In this document: one piece after another, positions 45,950 to 55,621 of the stretch
Layout: every line of letters starts with the position of its first letter
How positions within the stretch are numbered: the stretch's first letter is position 1
Sequence record: DRR723986_2455
DNA length: 64,000 bases
Strand: one strand, 5' to 3'
Notes under the pieces: model-generated
Told to the model about the DNA's origin: nothing
Database searches by the model: none
Seen by the model: the letters and a program-made list of their open reading frames with translations, nothing else
Made by a program: the position numbers and the translations under genes

Positions 45950-47077
45950 CTATTTGCCCTGCTTGAGTTTGGCGTGAGCAGCCTTTAGGCCGTATTCGTG
46001 GTACTTGTCGGTATTGCCCTGGCTGCGAAAAATAACGGCCGCAAACTGATAAAAACGATACTCGTTTTTGTCCAGTCGAATGGCGCGTTTGATGGAATTC
46101 AAGGCTTGGGGATAGTCGCCTCTTTCAAAGGCTGCGCGGGAGCGGCTGTAGTGCCAGAAAGGGTTGTCGCGCTGTCGAGATTCAATGACTTGCTCAAGTT
46201 GCTTAGCGCGATCCTTGCGGCCACTGCTGCGGTACAGACGGGCCAAGTTGGAGAGTGATGCGGACTCCTCCGGGTCCAGGCTCAGCGCCTTTAGAAAGGC
46301 AAGCTCGGCTTCGTCGTTATGTCCTTCTCGGCGGAACAGAACCCCTAAGTTACCCCAAATATAGGCTTCGTCAGGGCCGAGGTACAGCGCCCGGCGCAGG
46401 TAGAGATAGGCGTCGCCGTAATTTTTGCTGTTCAGTGCGCCAACGCCCAGGTTGCTGTAATACTGCGCGGCGGCGATATCGTCGCTGACTCGTTTTTGAG
46501 GATAGCGATAGTCGTAAATATCTACGCTGAAGTCGATAACTTCGCGTTGGCCATTGCCGAGGTCGACAACGGCATTGATGTGTTTATAAATCGCTGAACT
46601 GCTGTTGCTCAGCATTTCCCAGCTTGGCGGCACGCTGACTTCATTAAAATAGACATCCAGCTTTGCTTCTCGCGCCAGCGCTATAAACAATAAACTCAGC
46701 GACAAGCAGTCGCCCTGTGGGTCGTCAAAGGTGTCCGCGGCACTTTGGGTAATACCCGGTTGGTAGCGAATGCCCAATTGCTGGGGCCGCACCATGGCAT
46801 CGACTAAATAGCGCAGTCTGGCGCGCGGGGTGAGTACCGGCGGCACATGCTCGTTGACGAAGTAACGCATCTCTGCGGTCACCGCGAGAATGTGTTGGTC
46901 CGGGGTGTTGAGGGGCGCGGGTGGCCGGTTAAACAGCGCCTCCTGGTGCAGCAGCTGTGCAACCGCATCGCTATCCGGGGCAGCAATAAATTGCTCGAGT
47001 TGCGTAGGCTGTGTGCTGCAGGCGCTGCTCAAGAGCAATGTGGCGCTCAGTATTATTGTTTTTGCCGGGTGCTTCAT
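45950..47077 (-). CDS. TPR lipoprotein with transglutaminase-like N-domain
   Basis: Lipobox SSAC; GDCLSLSLLFIALAR..HIN..IDF; TPR repeats. Confidence 0.7.
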   Translation of the reverse strand: MKHPAKTIILSATLLLSSACSTQPTQLEQFIAAPDSDAVAQLLHQEALFNRPPAPLNTPDQHILAVTAEMRYFVNEHVPPVLTPRARLRYLVDAMVRPQQLGIRYQPGITQSAADTFDDPQGDCLSLSLLFIALAREAKLDVYFNEVSVPPSWEMLSNSSSAIYKHINAVVDLGNGQREVIDFSVDIYDYRYPQKRVSDDIAAAQYYSNLGVGALNSKNYGDAYLYLRRALYLGPDEAYIWGNLGVLFRREGHNDEAELAFLKALSLDPEESASLSNLARLYRSSGRKDRAKQLEQVIESRQRDNPFWHYSRSRAAFERGDYPQALNSIKRAIRLDKNEYRFYQFAAVIFRSQGNTDKYHEYGLKAAHAKLKQGK

Positions 47078-47163
47078 TCCAGGGACTTGCCTATACCACT
47101 AAAGGCCGCGTCGGCGGCTGTTACGTTTCACAGTAACGCCGATCGCGGCAGTCAGCAAGACGC

Positions 47164-47484
47164 TTAGTATTGCGAGGCGGGCAGGCGTACTTCCATTCCT
47201 TCTAGGTCGTCGCGCACTTCAATTTGGCAGCTTAAGCGGCTGCCCTCTTCGGGCTCGAGTACGCCGTCGAGAATGCCTTGTTCCATATCATCGGCTGCGG
47301 GCAGTTTGCTGCGCCAGGGTTCGTCAATGTAACAGTGGCAGGTTGCGCAGCTGCACGAGCCGCCGCACTCGGCCAGAATGTCATCGATACCGCCGTCGAG
47401 TGCGGCTTGCATCAGGCTGTGACCGCTCTCGGCCTCGACTTCGCGGGCCTCGCCGTTGTGAGAGATAAAAGTGATTAGCGGCAT
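47164..47484 (-). CDS. 2Fe-2S ferredoxin (putidaredoxin/adrenodoxin type)
   Basis: CGGSCSCATCH and SRLSCQ. Confidence 0.92.
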   Translation of the reverse strand: MPLITFISHNGEAREVEAESGHSLMQAALDGGIDDILAECGGSCSCATCHCYIDEPWRSKLPAADDMEQGILDGVLEPEEGSRLSCQIEVRDDLEGMEVRLPASQY

Positions 47485-47668
47485 AAAACGCTCCAGTGGG
47501 TTATTTGTGTTGTCTGCTGTTGGGGGCAGGTGGCGCAATTTTACCCTCTAGAAGGGGTGATGCCAGTCTTGAATGGAAATGTTGTCAATTGTGATGCTAT
47601 TGGGCGATGTGTGTCGCTTGCTGCATGGCTATATTGCCTGTTGCATAAGCTGGGAGTGGGGGAATACC

Positions 47669-48109
47669 GTGACTAAAGGCAAACACGAGCTAAGCCTGGC
47701 TGACCGACTGGCGCTACATGAACTGCCAGGACGGTACGGCGACGCAGTGGACGATCGGGACTGGGCGCAAATGGATTCAATCTTCACCAAGGACGCAGTA
47801 TTTGAAGTGCGCGGCCTAGTGACGTTGCGAGGTGTTGCAGAGATAAAGCGTTATATGGCGGAGGAGGGGCAGCACCCACTCGCCCACTTGATGTGTAACA
47901 TCCATGCCCGGGAAGACGGTGATGGCGCGCGGCTATTTTTTCGCATTATTGCGCCGGTGCCGCGCGAGGATAAAAGTCGCGATGGCTACTGTATGCACTT
48001 CGGCTCTTATTATGACTGGCTGGTGAAAACCGCCCAGGGTTGGCGGGTGAAGCGCCGAATTTTCTCGGCGAAACGACTAACAGAGTATGAGGAGGCCCGA
48101 AGTGAGTGA
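47669..48109 (+). CDS. SnoaL/NTF2-like protein
   Basis: YGDAVDDRDW..FTKDA..GSYYDWLVKTAQGWR; GTG start. Confidence 0.8.
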   Translation: MTKGKHELSLADRLALHELPGRYGDAVDDRDWAQMDSIFTKDAVFEVRGLVTLRGVAEIKRYMAEEGQHPLAHLMCNIHAREDGDGARLFFRIIAPVPREDKSRDGYCMHFGSYYDWLVKTAQGWRVKRRIFSAKRLTEYEEARSE

Positions 48110-48974
48110 GATAAAAGTAGCGCTGGTCACGGGGGCGAGTCGCGGCGCTGGTGCGGGCATCGCTCGTGCGCTGGGTGCTCACGGTATGACGGTTTATGTT
48201 ACCGGTCGCACCGTTGAGCCCGGCGATGCGAAAGCCTGGGATGGTTCGGTATTGCCCGGCACCGTTGCGGAAACTGCTGCTGCGGTAACGGCTGCGGGTG
48301 GCAAAGGTATTGCCGTGTTATGCGATCACAGTGACGACGAACGCGTGGCCGCGGTGTTTGAACAAATTCGCCGTGAGCAAGGGCGGATTGACCTATTGGT
48401 CAATAACGCGACCTATATGCACCCGCAGCTCATTGAGCAGAAACCCTTCTGGAAAAAAGACATGTCGGCCTGCGAGATACTCAACGTAGGATTGCGCTCG
48501 GCCTATATCGCCAGCTGGCATGCAGCGCAGATGATGGTGGAGCAGGGGCGCGGGCTTATCGCTTTTGGCTCATCATTTGGTGCCTCCTGTTATATGCACG
48601 GCCCCGCCTATGGCGCGCAGAAAGCCGGGCTGGATAAGTTTGCCCACGATATGGCCGTAGACTTGCGCGGTTCGGGAGTGAATACCCTGTCGGTGTGGAT
48701 GGGGCCGCTCAAAACCGAGCGCGCCGCTGTTGCCAGCAAGGTCAACCCAGCGCAATACGAAGCCTTCAGCAAAACTGCCGAGAGCCCGGAGTTTACCGGT
48801 CATATTCTCTATGCCTTGGCCACCAGTAACAAAGCAGAGGCCCTGAGTGGCCATACCTTGATCGGAGCAGAGTTGGCGCGGGAACTTGGCGTAACCGATG
48901 AGGGCAGTGTCCGCCCCTCCTACCGGGAGACTTTAGGCGAGCCGCCGAAACCCAATCCGGTGGTGGTGTATTAA
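48102..48974 (+). CDS. Short-chain dehydrogenase/reductase
   Basis: TGASRGAG, LVNNA, YGAQK. Confidence 0.9.
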   Translation: MSEIKVALVTGASRGAGAGIARALGAHGMTVYVTGRTVEPGDAKAWDGSVLPGTVAETAAAVTAAGGKGIAVLCDHSDDERVAAVFEQIRREQGRIDLLVNNATYMHPQLIEQKPFWKKDMSACEILNVGLRSAYIASWHAAQMMVEQGRGLIAFGSSFGASCYMHGPAYGAQKAGLDKFAHDMAVDLRGSGVNTLSVWMGPLKTERAAVASKVNPAQYEAFSKTAESPEFTGHILYALATSNKAEALSGHTLIGAELARELGVTDEGSVRPSYRETLGEPPKPNPVVVY

Positions 48975-49238
48975 AGCAAAGCTCAAGTTGCCGCTTAATG
49001 GCGAGCACTCTGGTAAGTGGGGCTTTTCGCGGTGAAAAATCCCACTTTCCTGCGGTTGGCTCGCTAAGCCAGCGACAAGCATAGTGGCGCATGCCTATAA
49101 TCCGGCGGCATGTTGCCGTTGCCCACGGTGGATGAGTGGGGGCAGCAACTGTTCAATATGGTATCGACCCAAGCGTCATGGATGAGCTGGCAGGTCTGAT
49201 GACGGGACGCTATAGCAGGCATTACGCAAGTACTTGGG

Positions 49239-50351
49239 ATGCAATCACTATCATTAAGCAACGAGCCAGCGTTGATTCAGCACCTTTACGGTGCCCTGAC
49301 TGATCCGGCGGGTTTTCATCACTTTCTCGAGACGTTGACGCTGTCTATTGGCGGTGAAGCCGCTGAGCTGTTGGTGATTCGCCGCAACCCCCTGCGGGTG
49401 GAGAATGTTTGGTACTACGGCCTTTCTGAGGAGTTGTTGCAGTGGTACATCGGCAGCGACATGATTGCCGTGGATATCGTCATCAATACGGCAATTCGTC
49501 AGGCGCCAGGCGCTTTTCAGACCGCGCTTACCTATGTCGAAGAGACTAACCCCGATGAGGGCTCTGTGCGCTGGGAAGCAGAGCAGGGCATGCTCGATGC
49601 CGCTTGGCTTGTTGTTGAAAGCTCAGCGGATGAATGTGTGCTGCTGACAATTCAAAGAACCGTGGAACAGGGTGCATTTCAGCCGCATGAAATTGGCGCT
49701 CTGAACCGTCTTGCTCCCTATATTCGTCAGGCTGTGGGCCTCAATCGGCAGTTAGCATCGCGTAGCGACGTGTCGTCATCCCTGGCTGCGGTCATCGATG
49801 TATTGCCCGATGCGACGTTAGTGCTGGACAGCTATTCCACGGTGTTGCACTCCAATAAGGCCGCGCGAGCGTTGCTTGATCGCGAGCGCAGCCTGGCGAT
49901 ACGCGATGAGCGCCTGAGCTTTTCAGAGACGGCGCTGCAATCCGCGTTTTTTCTCGCCTCGACACAGGTTGTGCGCGCCAGTATTGGTCGCGAGGGGCAT
50001 TACACCGAGACCTTATTCTTAAAACGTGCCGGTCGTCAGCCGCTGATATTTGTATTGCGGCCGATAGAGAGCAGCGAGTTATTGGCGGGCGGAGCGCTGC
50101 TTACCATTTATGAGCCCGGTCACCGGCAGTTGCCAAATGCCGAGCAAATTGCCGGCTATTTTGAACTTACGGTGGCGGAGTCACAGGTGTGCGAGCACTT
50201 GGTAGCGGGCATGGATTTGCAAGCTATTGCCGACCACTTGGGGCGCAAGATAAGCACTGTGCGTTACCAGTTAAAGCAGGTTTTTCAGAAGACGGCATGC
50301 ACCCGGCAGGGAGAGTTGGTGAGCAGTATTTTAGCGGCGCTATTGCGATAG
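49239..50351 (+). CDS. LuxR-type HTH transcriptional regulator with PAS-like domain
   Basis: C-terminal LTVAESQV..STVRYQLKQVFQKT..RQGELV. Confidence 0.85.
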   Translation: MQSLSLSNEPALIQHLYGALTDPAGFHHFLETLTLSIGGEAAELLVIRRNPLRVENVWYYGLSEELLQWYIGSDMIAVDIVINTAIRQAPGAFQTALTYVEETNPDEGSVRWEAEQGMLDAAWLVVESSADECVLLTIQRTVEQGAFQPHEIGALNRLAPYIRQAVGLNRQLASRSDVSSSLAAVIDVLPDATLVLDSYSTVLHSNKAARALLDRERSLAIRDERLSFSETALQSAFFLASTQVVRASIGREGHYTETLFLKRAGRQPLIFVLRPIESSELLAGGALLTIYEPGHRQLPNAEQIAGYFELTVAESQVCEHLVAGMDLQAIADHLGRKISTVRYQLKQVFQKTACTRQGELVSSILAALLR

Positions 50352-50403
50352 TGCCTGTTGCAATGGGTGTCTGCGGGCAGTTTATGCCCGCAGGAGATTG
50401 AGC

Positions 50404-52053
50404 TTATTTTGCGACGACCTCTCCGACCAGCTCGCTGATAAAAAAGGCACTTTCATGGGACGTGGTGCCGTCCTTATGCGAAAAGCTAATCAGCGCCATT
50501 TCACGTCCGCGGCTGTCTTTGATGGGTGCAAAGAGCCAATAGCCTGTTGAGTCGTCGTCCATGGTTTCATAGTAATCGAGACTGCCCGCCGCATTGACCT
50601 TCCAGCTGTGTTCGATCGTGCTTGATTCATCGGGGCCAAAATCCACCCTGCCTGAGCCGTTTTCGTAGAGCCTAACCGAAATTTTATCGGCCTCATCTGG
50701 GAAGGCGTATGTAAAGGCTTTGCTCTGGTTCTCGACAAACAGGCGCTCTGCGCTGCGCTCAACGGTAGCGGTTTTTCTATAGATGGCGCTGCCGTTGTCA
50801 TCTTCTACTCGCAATTTTACCGTGAAGCGGCCCACGCGCATGAAGCTGAATGCATCCTCGGCGTCGCTTTCGCAGTTGAAATCACCCCATTTAGTGGTGG
50901 TGCATACATCGTCACCGTCGGATAAGCCGCCGTCTCCGTCGGTTTCTGAAACGATGTCGGTCACGCTGAACTGTTTGCCATCAATGCTGTAATTTCCCCA
51001 TTCTGAGGTAGGTGCGTCAGCGGGGAGGGAGGCGTCACCCTCGTCGCGATAGCTGTGGGCAACGTTGTAGCTGCCATCCTCAAGTACCGTAAGAACGTGG
51101 AATTCGTCTGCCTGATCTTCAATCAGCCAGCTACCTACAAAAGCATTGCTGCTACTTTTGACGCTTTTAAACGCTGCGGCGGCATCCGCCTCGCTACCAA
51201 AATGTAGTTCATCGTTAACTAAGTGAACCGTTTCCTGGCCGCAGCCTTCGCCTAGCGTTTCACAAAAACCGCCATCGGTGTTGGACTGTGCCTGGGCGCT
51301 GAACGTGATTACACCATCGGCAGGGTTCCACTCGTAGTAGCCCCACTCTGCGGTGGCGGTACCCTGGTCATCGTTGCCGTATTTGTGACTGACAATGTAG
51401 CGATTCCCGCTCAGGAAAGTCAGTACGCTGACTTCTTCGCCATTTGGCCCTTTACCGTTACTGCTCTCGCCCGCCGGCTCGACAAATAACCAGCTGCCGC
51501 GCAGGTCGGCCTGTTGTGAACGGCCAAAATGGGCTTCGGCCTTGTCCGCGCTGACTAAGCTTTTGCCGGTGGGGGTCGCAACTTCGGTGTCGAATTGCGT
51601 TTCAAACTCTGACTGCGGTAAGCCGAGATTGAGCTGTGCATCGGCAAGAAGTCCGTGAATCTCGCCGTCAATGGTAATGCCATTGTCAGCATTGCCGTCA
51701 TCGTCCAGTGACTGCAGCAAGCGCAGAATATTGTTGACCTGGTTGGGCGTGCTGCCGTCCATGTCGGCTGGGGTGACTCGGCCGCTGGCGGGAACCTCGG
51801 GCAGTGTGATTCCACCAATACTGAAGGTGACGCTATCGCCCTCAACAAATTCGTACTCACCCAGCTCAGTCGTGCTGCCTGATTGGCCGCTGGGCGCGGT
51901 TTAATAGCGGATGCCGGCAACGGCGCTGTCGGTGAAAATGCCTCGCTGAACCTCCGGCTCGGAACTATTGCTTCCGCCAGACGAGGAACCACCGCCACCA
52001 CAGGCGGTGAGTGTAAAGGCCAGGGCGAGCGGCCCCCAATAAGCTGATTTCAT
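50404..52053 (-). pseudogene. Acidic surface lipoprotein gene interrupted by one in-frame TAA (codon 51)
   Basis: ggaga RBS, MKSAYWGPLALAFTLTAC lipobox, ...VAGIRY*TAPSGQSG..., continuing in frame into the 452-aa ORF; stop at 51901-51903. Confidence 0.8.
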
Positions 52054-52263
52054 GGTATCTCCGATTTTTGTACCGAATGTCTAAAGTCGCTAGAGGACCA
52101 TAGAGCCAGGTACAGCTCATCTCCCAAATTGGGTATGCGTTACTGGGTGGCGGCGGGAATCGGTAATATTTCTATAATTACCGGGAGCGCGCCTTACTGT
52201 TTGCCTGTTTGGGGGTGGACGTAAGTGAAATGGTGGGGCATAAAAAAAGGCCTTCGCTGTGTC

Positions 52264-52406
52264 TGTAGGTAACTTCATTAATTGTCGCCTGCTTTTCATC
52301 AAAAGTTGCCACTTTCGCCGTAATTTCCGGTTCTTTGCGATGGTTATCTTCACTATTGACGACCATATTTCAGAATAAGTTGTCAGTGTTTTTATCATAA
52401 GGTGGA
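52264..52406 (+). repeat. Putative transposon end with TnsB-binding repeats
   Basis: TGTAGGTAAC then ttcattaattgtcgcc (52274), ttcatcaaaagttgcc (52295), ttcagaataagttgtc (52369), tttatcataaggtgga (52391). Confidence 0.7.
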
Positions 52407-52531
52407 AAATTAAAACCTTTTAAAAACAATTGGTTGGGGTTTTTGTTGCAGTTATTAGGGTTGGTTTTGCTCTAACAATCCTGTGTGCACAGCGGTATAT
52501 TGAGCTAGCTCGGCGCCAAATGGAGGAGAAT

Positions 52532-52729
52532 ATGAGCACCCCGTCCCGTGAAGGAGCATCTCCTGGAGAGCTCTTTGTCGACGCGCGGCCAGTCCCGGCT
52601 AGTTCGAACACAGAATATGACCTACGTGAGCTTATTGGCCCACAAGAGACGATTTCCAAGTGCTATGACCGCAACGCTGAGGATAAGCAATGGCTCAATG
52701 ACCTGCCTGTAGGTTTGGAAGCACTGTAA
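52532..52729 (+). CDS. Small protein resembling the C-terminal part of PemI/MazE-type antitoxins
   Basis: ggagga RBS; YDLRELI...EDKQWLNDLPVGLEAL; no AbrB N-domain, no toxin ORF after it. Confidence 0.5.
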   Translation: MSTPSREGASPGELFVDARPVPASSNTEYDLRELIGPQETISKCYDRNAEDKQWLNDLPVGLEAL

Positions 52730-53013
52730 TTATCATGGCTATTTGCATTCTGAGGTTGGAAATGACGCATTGGCGATGCGTTTGAGTTCCGCCTCTTTTG
52801 CGCAGAAGATCGTTGAAATAAAATTCATAGGCGTCTCAAATGACACTTAGCGGACGCCCATAACACCGAAGTCGACGGCGGTATATAAATGAGCGGGCAA
52901 GTCGGTTACCTTCGTGCATAAGGCGCGTTTTGGCGCAATTTCTATTTAGTTGATCATTAAACCCCGTCTTTTAAGGCTCACGCTTTGCCTTAAAATGCGC
53001 AGTTTACCTGAGG

Positions 53014-53038
53014 AAAAGAGGGCGGCACTCCGCCCCCT
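53014..53038 (-). terminator. Intrinsic terminator after the Cys-rich protein gene
   Basis: Minus strand agggggcgg-agtg-ccgccctct-ttt. Confidence 0.7.
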
Positions 53039-53040
53039 AC

Positions 53041-54342
53041 CTACCACTTGAAGCCGGGCAGAATCGATTCGGCTGCTTTGCGAAGATCGTTATTCTTGCC
53101 CGGGCCATGGGTCAGATCATTGGCCGCGTTGCGGAAGGTCTTCACTACGTCATTGTTTTTGCCCGGGCCCTGAGTTAAGTCATTGGCCGCATTGCGGAAG
53201 GTTTTCACGACGTCGTTGTTAGGGCCAAAGTGGCGGGCAAATTCATTGCTCAGATTGTCCAGTGCCTTAACAATATCGTTGTTCGGCCCAAAGCAACCAT
53301 TTTTGCCGCCCACACCGTGAGTGAAGCACTTGCTCAGTTCTCGGCTGGTAAGGCGACCACCGGTACAGGTAACAAAGGCCGTCGGCTCCCCCCCCGAACC
53401 CATCGCACACTCCATTGCAATTTGCTGCTCTGGCGTCAGGTCCAGCGACCCCATGCCATAGCAGACTGCCGTGCCGTATACTGAAATATCGCCTTGCTCG
53501 GATTCCTGCTGCATGCAATTGACCAGGCGGGCCTGATCTTCACTGAAAGAATCCTGCGCCATGCACAAGGGATACGCCTTGTAGTTTTTTCCGTGCTGAA
53601 GATAGCAGTCACTGACCTTGGCGATGTCTCGCTGCTCCTGACTACCGCCAAGCGCGGCCAGCGTGCACAGCGCCATCTTGCCATCGTCATCCTTGGCCTC
53701 CCGGGCACATTTATAAAAGGCCCGTTCTTTTTGCCCCAGCATTTCATTAATCATACACTGTTTGAACTTGTCGTTCTGCAGCTTGCCGTTTTTCGCTCGT
53801 GAATTATTGGCACACGACAGGGCCTCACTCTCGCGGACCAACCGCGGGGCCGTGATACTAGCGCCGGGCTGTTCAAACCGTCTGGGAATGTAGCGCGTCG
53901 TCGATGTCAAAGTTTCAGCGCCCCGGACGAAACTACCGCCTCGCGGCAAAGGCCGATACGCATGCAGCCACGGATTCGGCGGTGGGTACCCCGGGTTAAA
54001 CTTGCACTGCCCAATCTGATTCGCCCCCTGATACATATTGACGGCCACCATCGCGCCCGCCCAGTCAATGAAGTAGCCGTTGTTCGGATCGATGCTCGAG
54101 AGCTGGATATACATCATCCCTGAGGGGTCACGCCGCATGGGATTGAAGACCGGTCCAAAACCCTGTCTCTGACGAAAAAAGGTGGTTTTTTCCGATACGT
54201 AGGTCCCATTGGTCATCAAAGCTAGGCGGTCAGGCCCGCTACTATCCGCATAAGAACAGGATCCGATTTGTGGTAGCTGCGCCTGGGTAGCGGCTGATAA
54301 CACTAAAAGCATTAACGATAGCAACATCGATGGTAAGCGCAT
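53041..54342 (-). CDS. Secreted Cys-rich repeat protein
   Basis: Signal peptide; regularly spaced Cys pairs; C-terminal 21-aa repeats. Confidence 0.8.
   Translation of the reverse strand: MRLPSMLLSLMLLVLSAATQAQLPQIGSCSYADSSGPDRLALMTNGTYVSEKTTFFRQRQGFGPVFNPMRRDPSGMMYIQLSSIDPNNGYFIDWAGAMVAVNMYQGANQIGQCKFNPGYPPPNPWLHAYRPLPRGGSFVRGAETLTSTTRYIPRRFEQPGASITAPRLVRESEALSCANNSRAKNGKLQNDKFKQCMINEMLGQKERAFYKCAREAKDDDGKMALCTLAALGGSQEQRDIAKVSDCYLQHGKNYKAYPLCMAQDSFSEDQARLVNCMQQESEQGDISVYGTAVCYGMGSLDLTPEQQIAMECAMGSGGEPTAFVTCTGGRLTSRELSKCFTHGVGGKNGCFGPNNDIVKALDNLSNEFARHFGPNNDVVKTFRNAANDLTQGPGKNNDVVKTFRNAANDLTHGPGKNNDLRKAAESILPGFKW
53086..53288 (-). repeat. 63-bp coding tandem repeat (G[P/K]NND..K units)
   Basis: gcccgggcc at 53098 and 53161; NNDVVKTFRNAANDLT occurs twice. 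Confidence 0.85.
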
Positions 54343-54390
54343 TTTCTTCCCCTTGTCTTTGCTTCGTTATGAGCGGCCCCTCAGCAGAGC

Positions 54391-54933
54391 CTAGCGAACC
54401 GTCACGGTAATGGCGATGAGTTTGGATTGGTTACCGCCGAGCGCCGCGGCTTGCGATGACATTTCACCGGCAATATCAGACAACGCGGCCTTAGACTGGG
54501 TTACCATACAGACGGAACCGTTATGGCTGACGTCCTTGCCAACGAGAATGCAGCCCTGAGTTTGGCGTGGATAGTTGCCAACATGGAGTTGCACCAACTT
54601 TCGATCGGGCACGCCCTCGAGCTGAATTCGCCAGCCCTTCTTACCATCGCGGCGAATCCACGCAGGATAGGTACCTTGCGGGATCCGGCTGATGGCAGTT
54701 TCATTGTTCTTCCATGGCAGCTCAAGCGATCGCCCGACCTCTTTGTCGTTGACCAGTATTCGCCCTATCGTGCTGTTGTCCGCGCAAGTCATATTGCGCT
54801 CAATCACTAGGTTGAAAACCGCATCCTGCTTTGATGCCAATAGATCACTGAGTTTGTCGTCTGCTTGCGACAGATACGGTAGCGAATACAAGGCGAATAA
54901 GAGTGAGGCAAGGAAGTGGCGTGTTCTCAGCAT
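54391..54933 (-). CDS. DUF5675 family secreted protein (L,D-transpeptidase-like motif)
   Basis: Signal peptide; TIGRI..SLELPW..SRIPQGTY..VPDR..LHVGN....QGCILVG. Confidence 0.75.
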   Translation of the reverse strand: MLRTRHFLASLLFALYSLPYLSQADDKLSDLLASKQDAVFNLVIERNMTCADNSTIGRILVNDKEVGRSLELPWKNNETAISRIPQGTYPAWIRRDGKKGWRIQLEGVPDRKLVQLHVGNYPRQTQGCILVGKDVSHNGSVCMVTQSKAALSDIAGEMSSQAAALGGNQSKLIAITVTVR

Positions 54934-55584
54934 GCTGGCCCCTGACAAGTTAGTTTCGAAGGGAGAATTGTCTATTCCCACTATCGCGAGAACGTTTGTG
55001 GAAGGTAAGTAAATATCCCTGTTTGAGGAATTCGGGGTAGCTGACAAGATTAGTCCCTTTCCCGAAAATAGTTACTACGTTTAGGTAGTAAAAACTATAT
55101 ATTTCAATGGGTTGTGTTTCGGTTGGCGGTGTTAGCACGACACTGTCCCTTTATTACATTGAAATTCCCTTGCTCTTGATCATATACCGGCCAATTGAGA
55201 AATCAATAATTTAACGCCAGCATAACGGTATAAGCCTAAGACTACTGAAAAAGGCTAAAACGCCGCGGTTATTGGAAAGTTTTGATTGCTCCAAGCATCT
55301 GGTAATGTGGCGCAGCGCTCGTAACGCACAACGAATCTAAACATTCTGACTGTCCGTTTATTGCCAACAGCCGACCTTCATACAAATATGACAATAGTCC
55401 AATCCTGTCGAAAATAGGGCGTTGACTGTAATCCAGCTATTTCCGGGTTTTGGTTGTGATTGGGTATGAATAGAATTTCAACCCTAGTCTGCAATTAGGC
55501 CTTATTATTGAATTAGCCCTCTTTGATTCATTTGGTTATAGTTTTTTGTCTTGGGTCCTTTTGGTGAGGGCTATTACTCATTTG

Positions 55585-55614
55585 CAGGGGCATCGACGTT
55601 AATCAATGCCCCTG
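55585..55614 (-). terminator. Hairpin downstream of the 325-aa gene
   Basis: caggggcat...atgcccctg inverted repeat. Confidence 0.55.
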
Positions 55615-55621
55615 ATGTCGA

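Noticed and set aside
52228-52240. aaatggtggggc as the reverse complement of a tRNA 3' end (CCCCACCA)
   Set aside because: No T-arm or cloverleaf next to it; too short to call a tRNA or att remnant
52430-52531. N-terminal extension of the 99-aa ORF
   Set aside because: A strong ggagga RBS supports ATG 52532 instead
53086-53288. 63-bp periodicity as a CRISPR-like array
   Set aside because: In-frame coding repeat with mainly synonymous variation and no unique spacers
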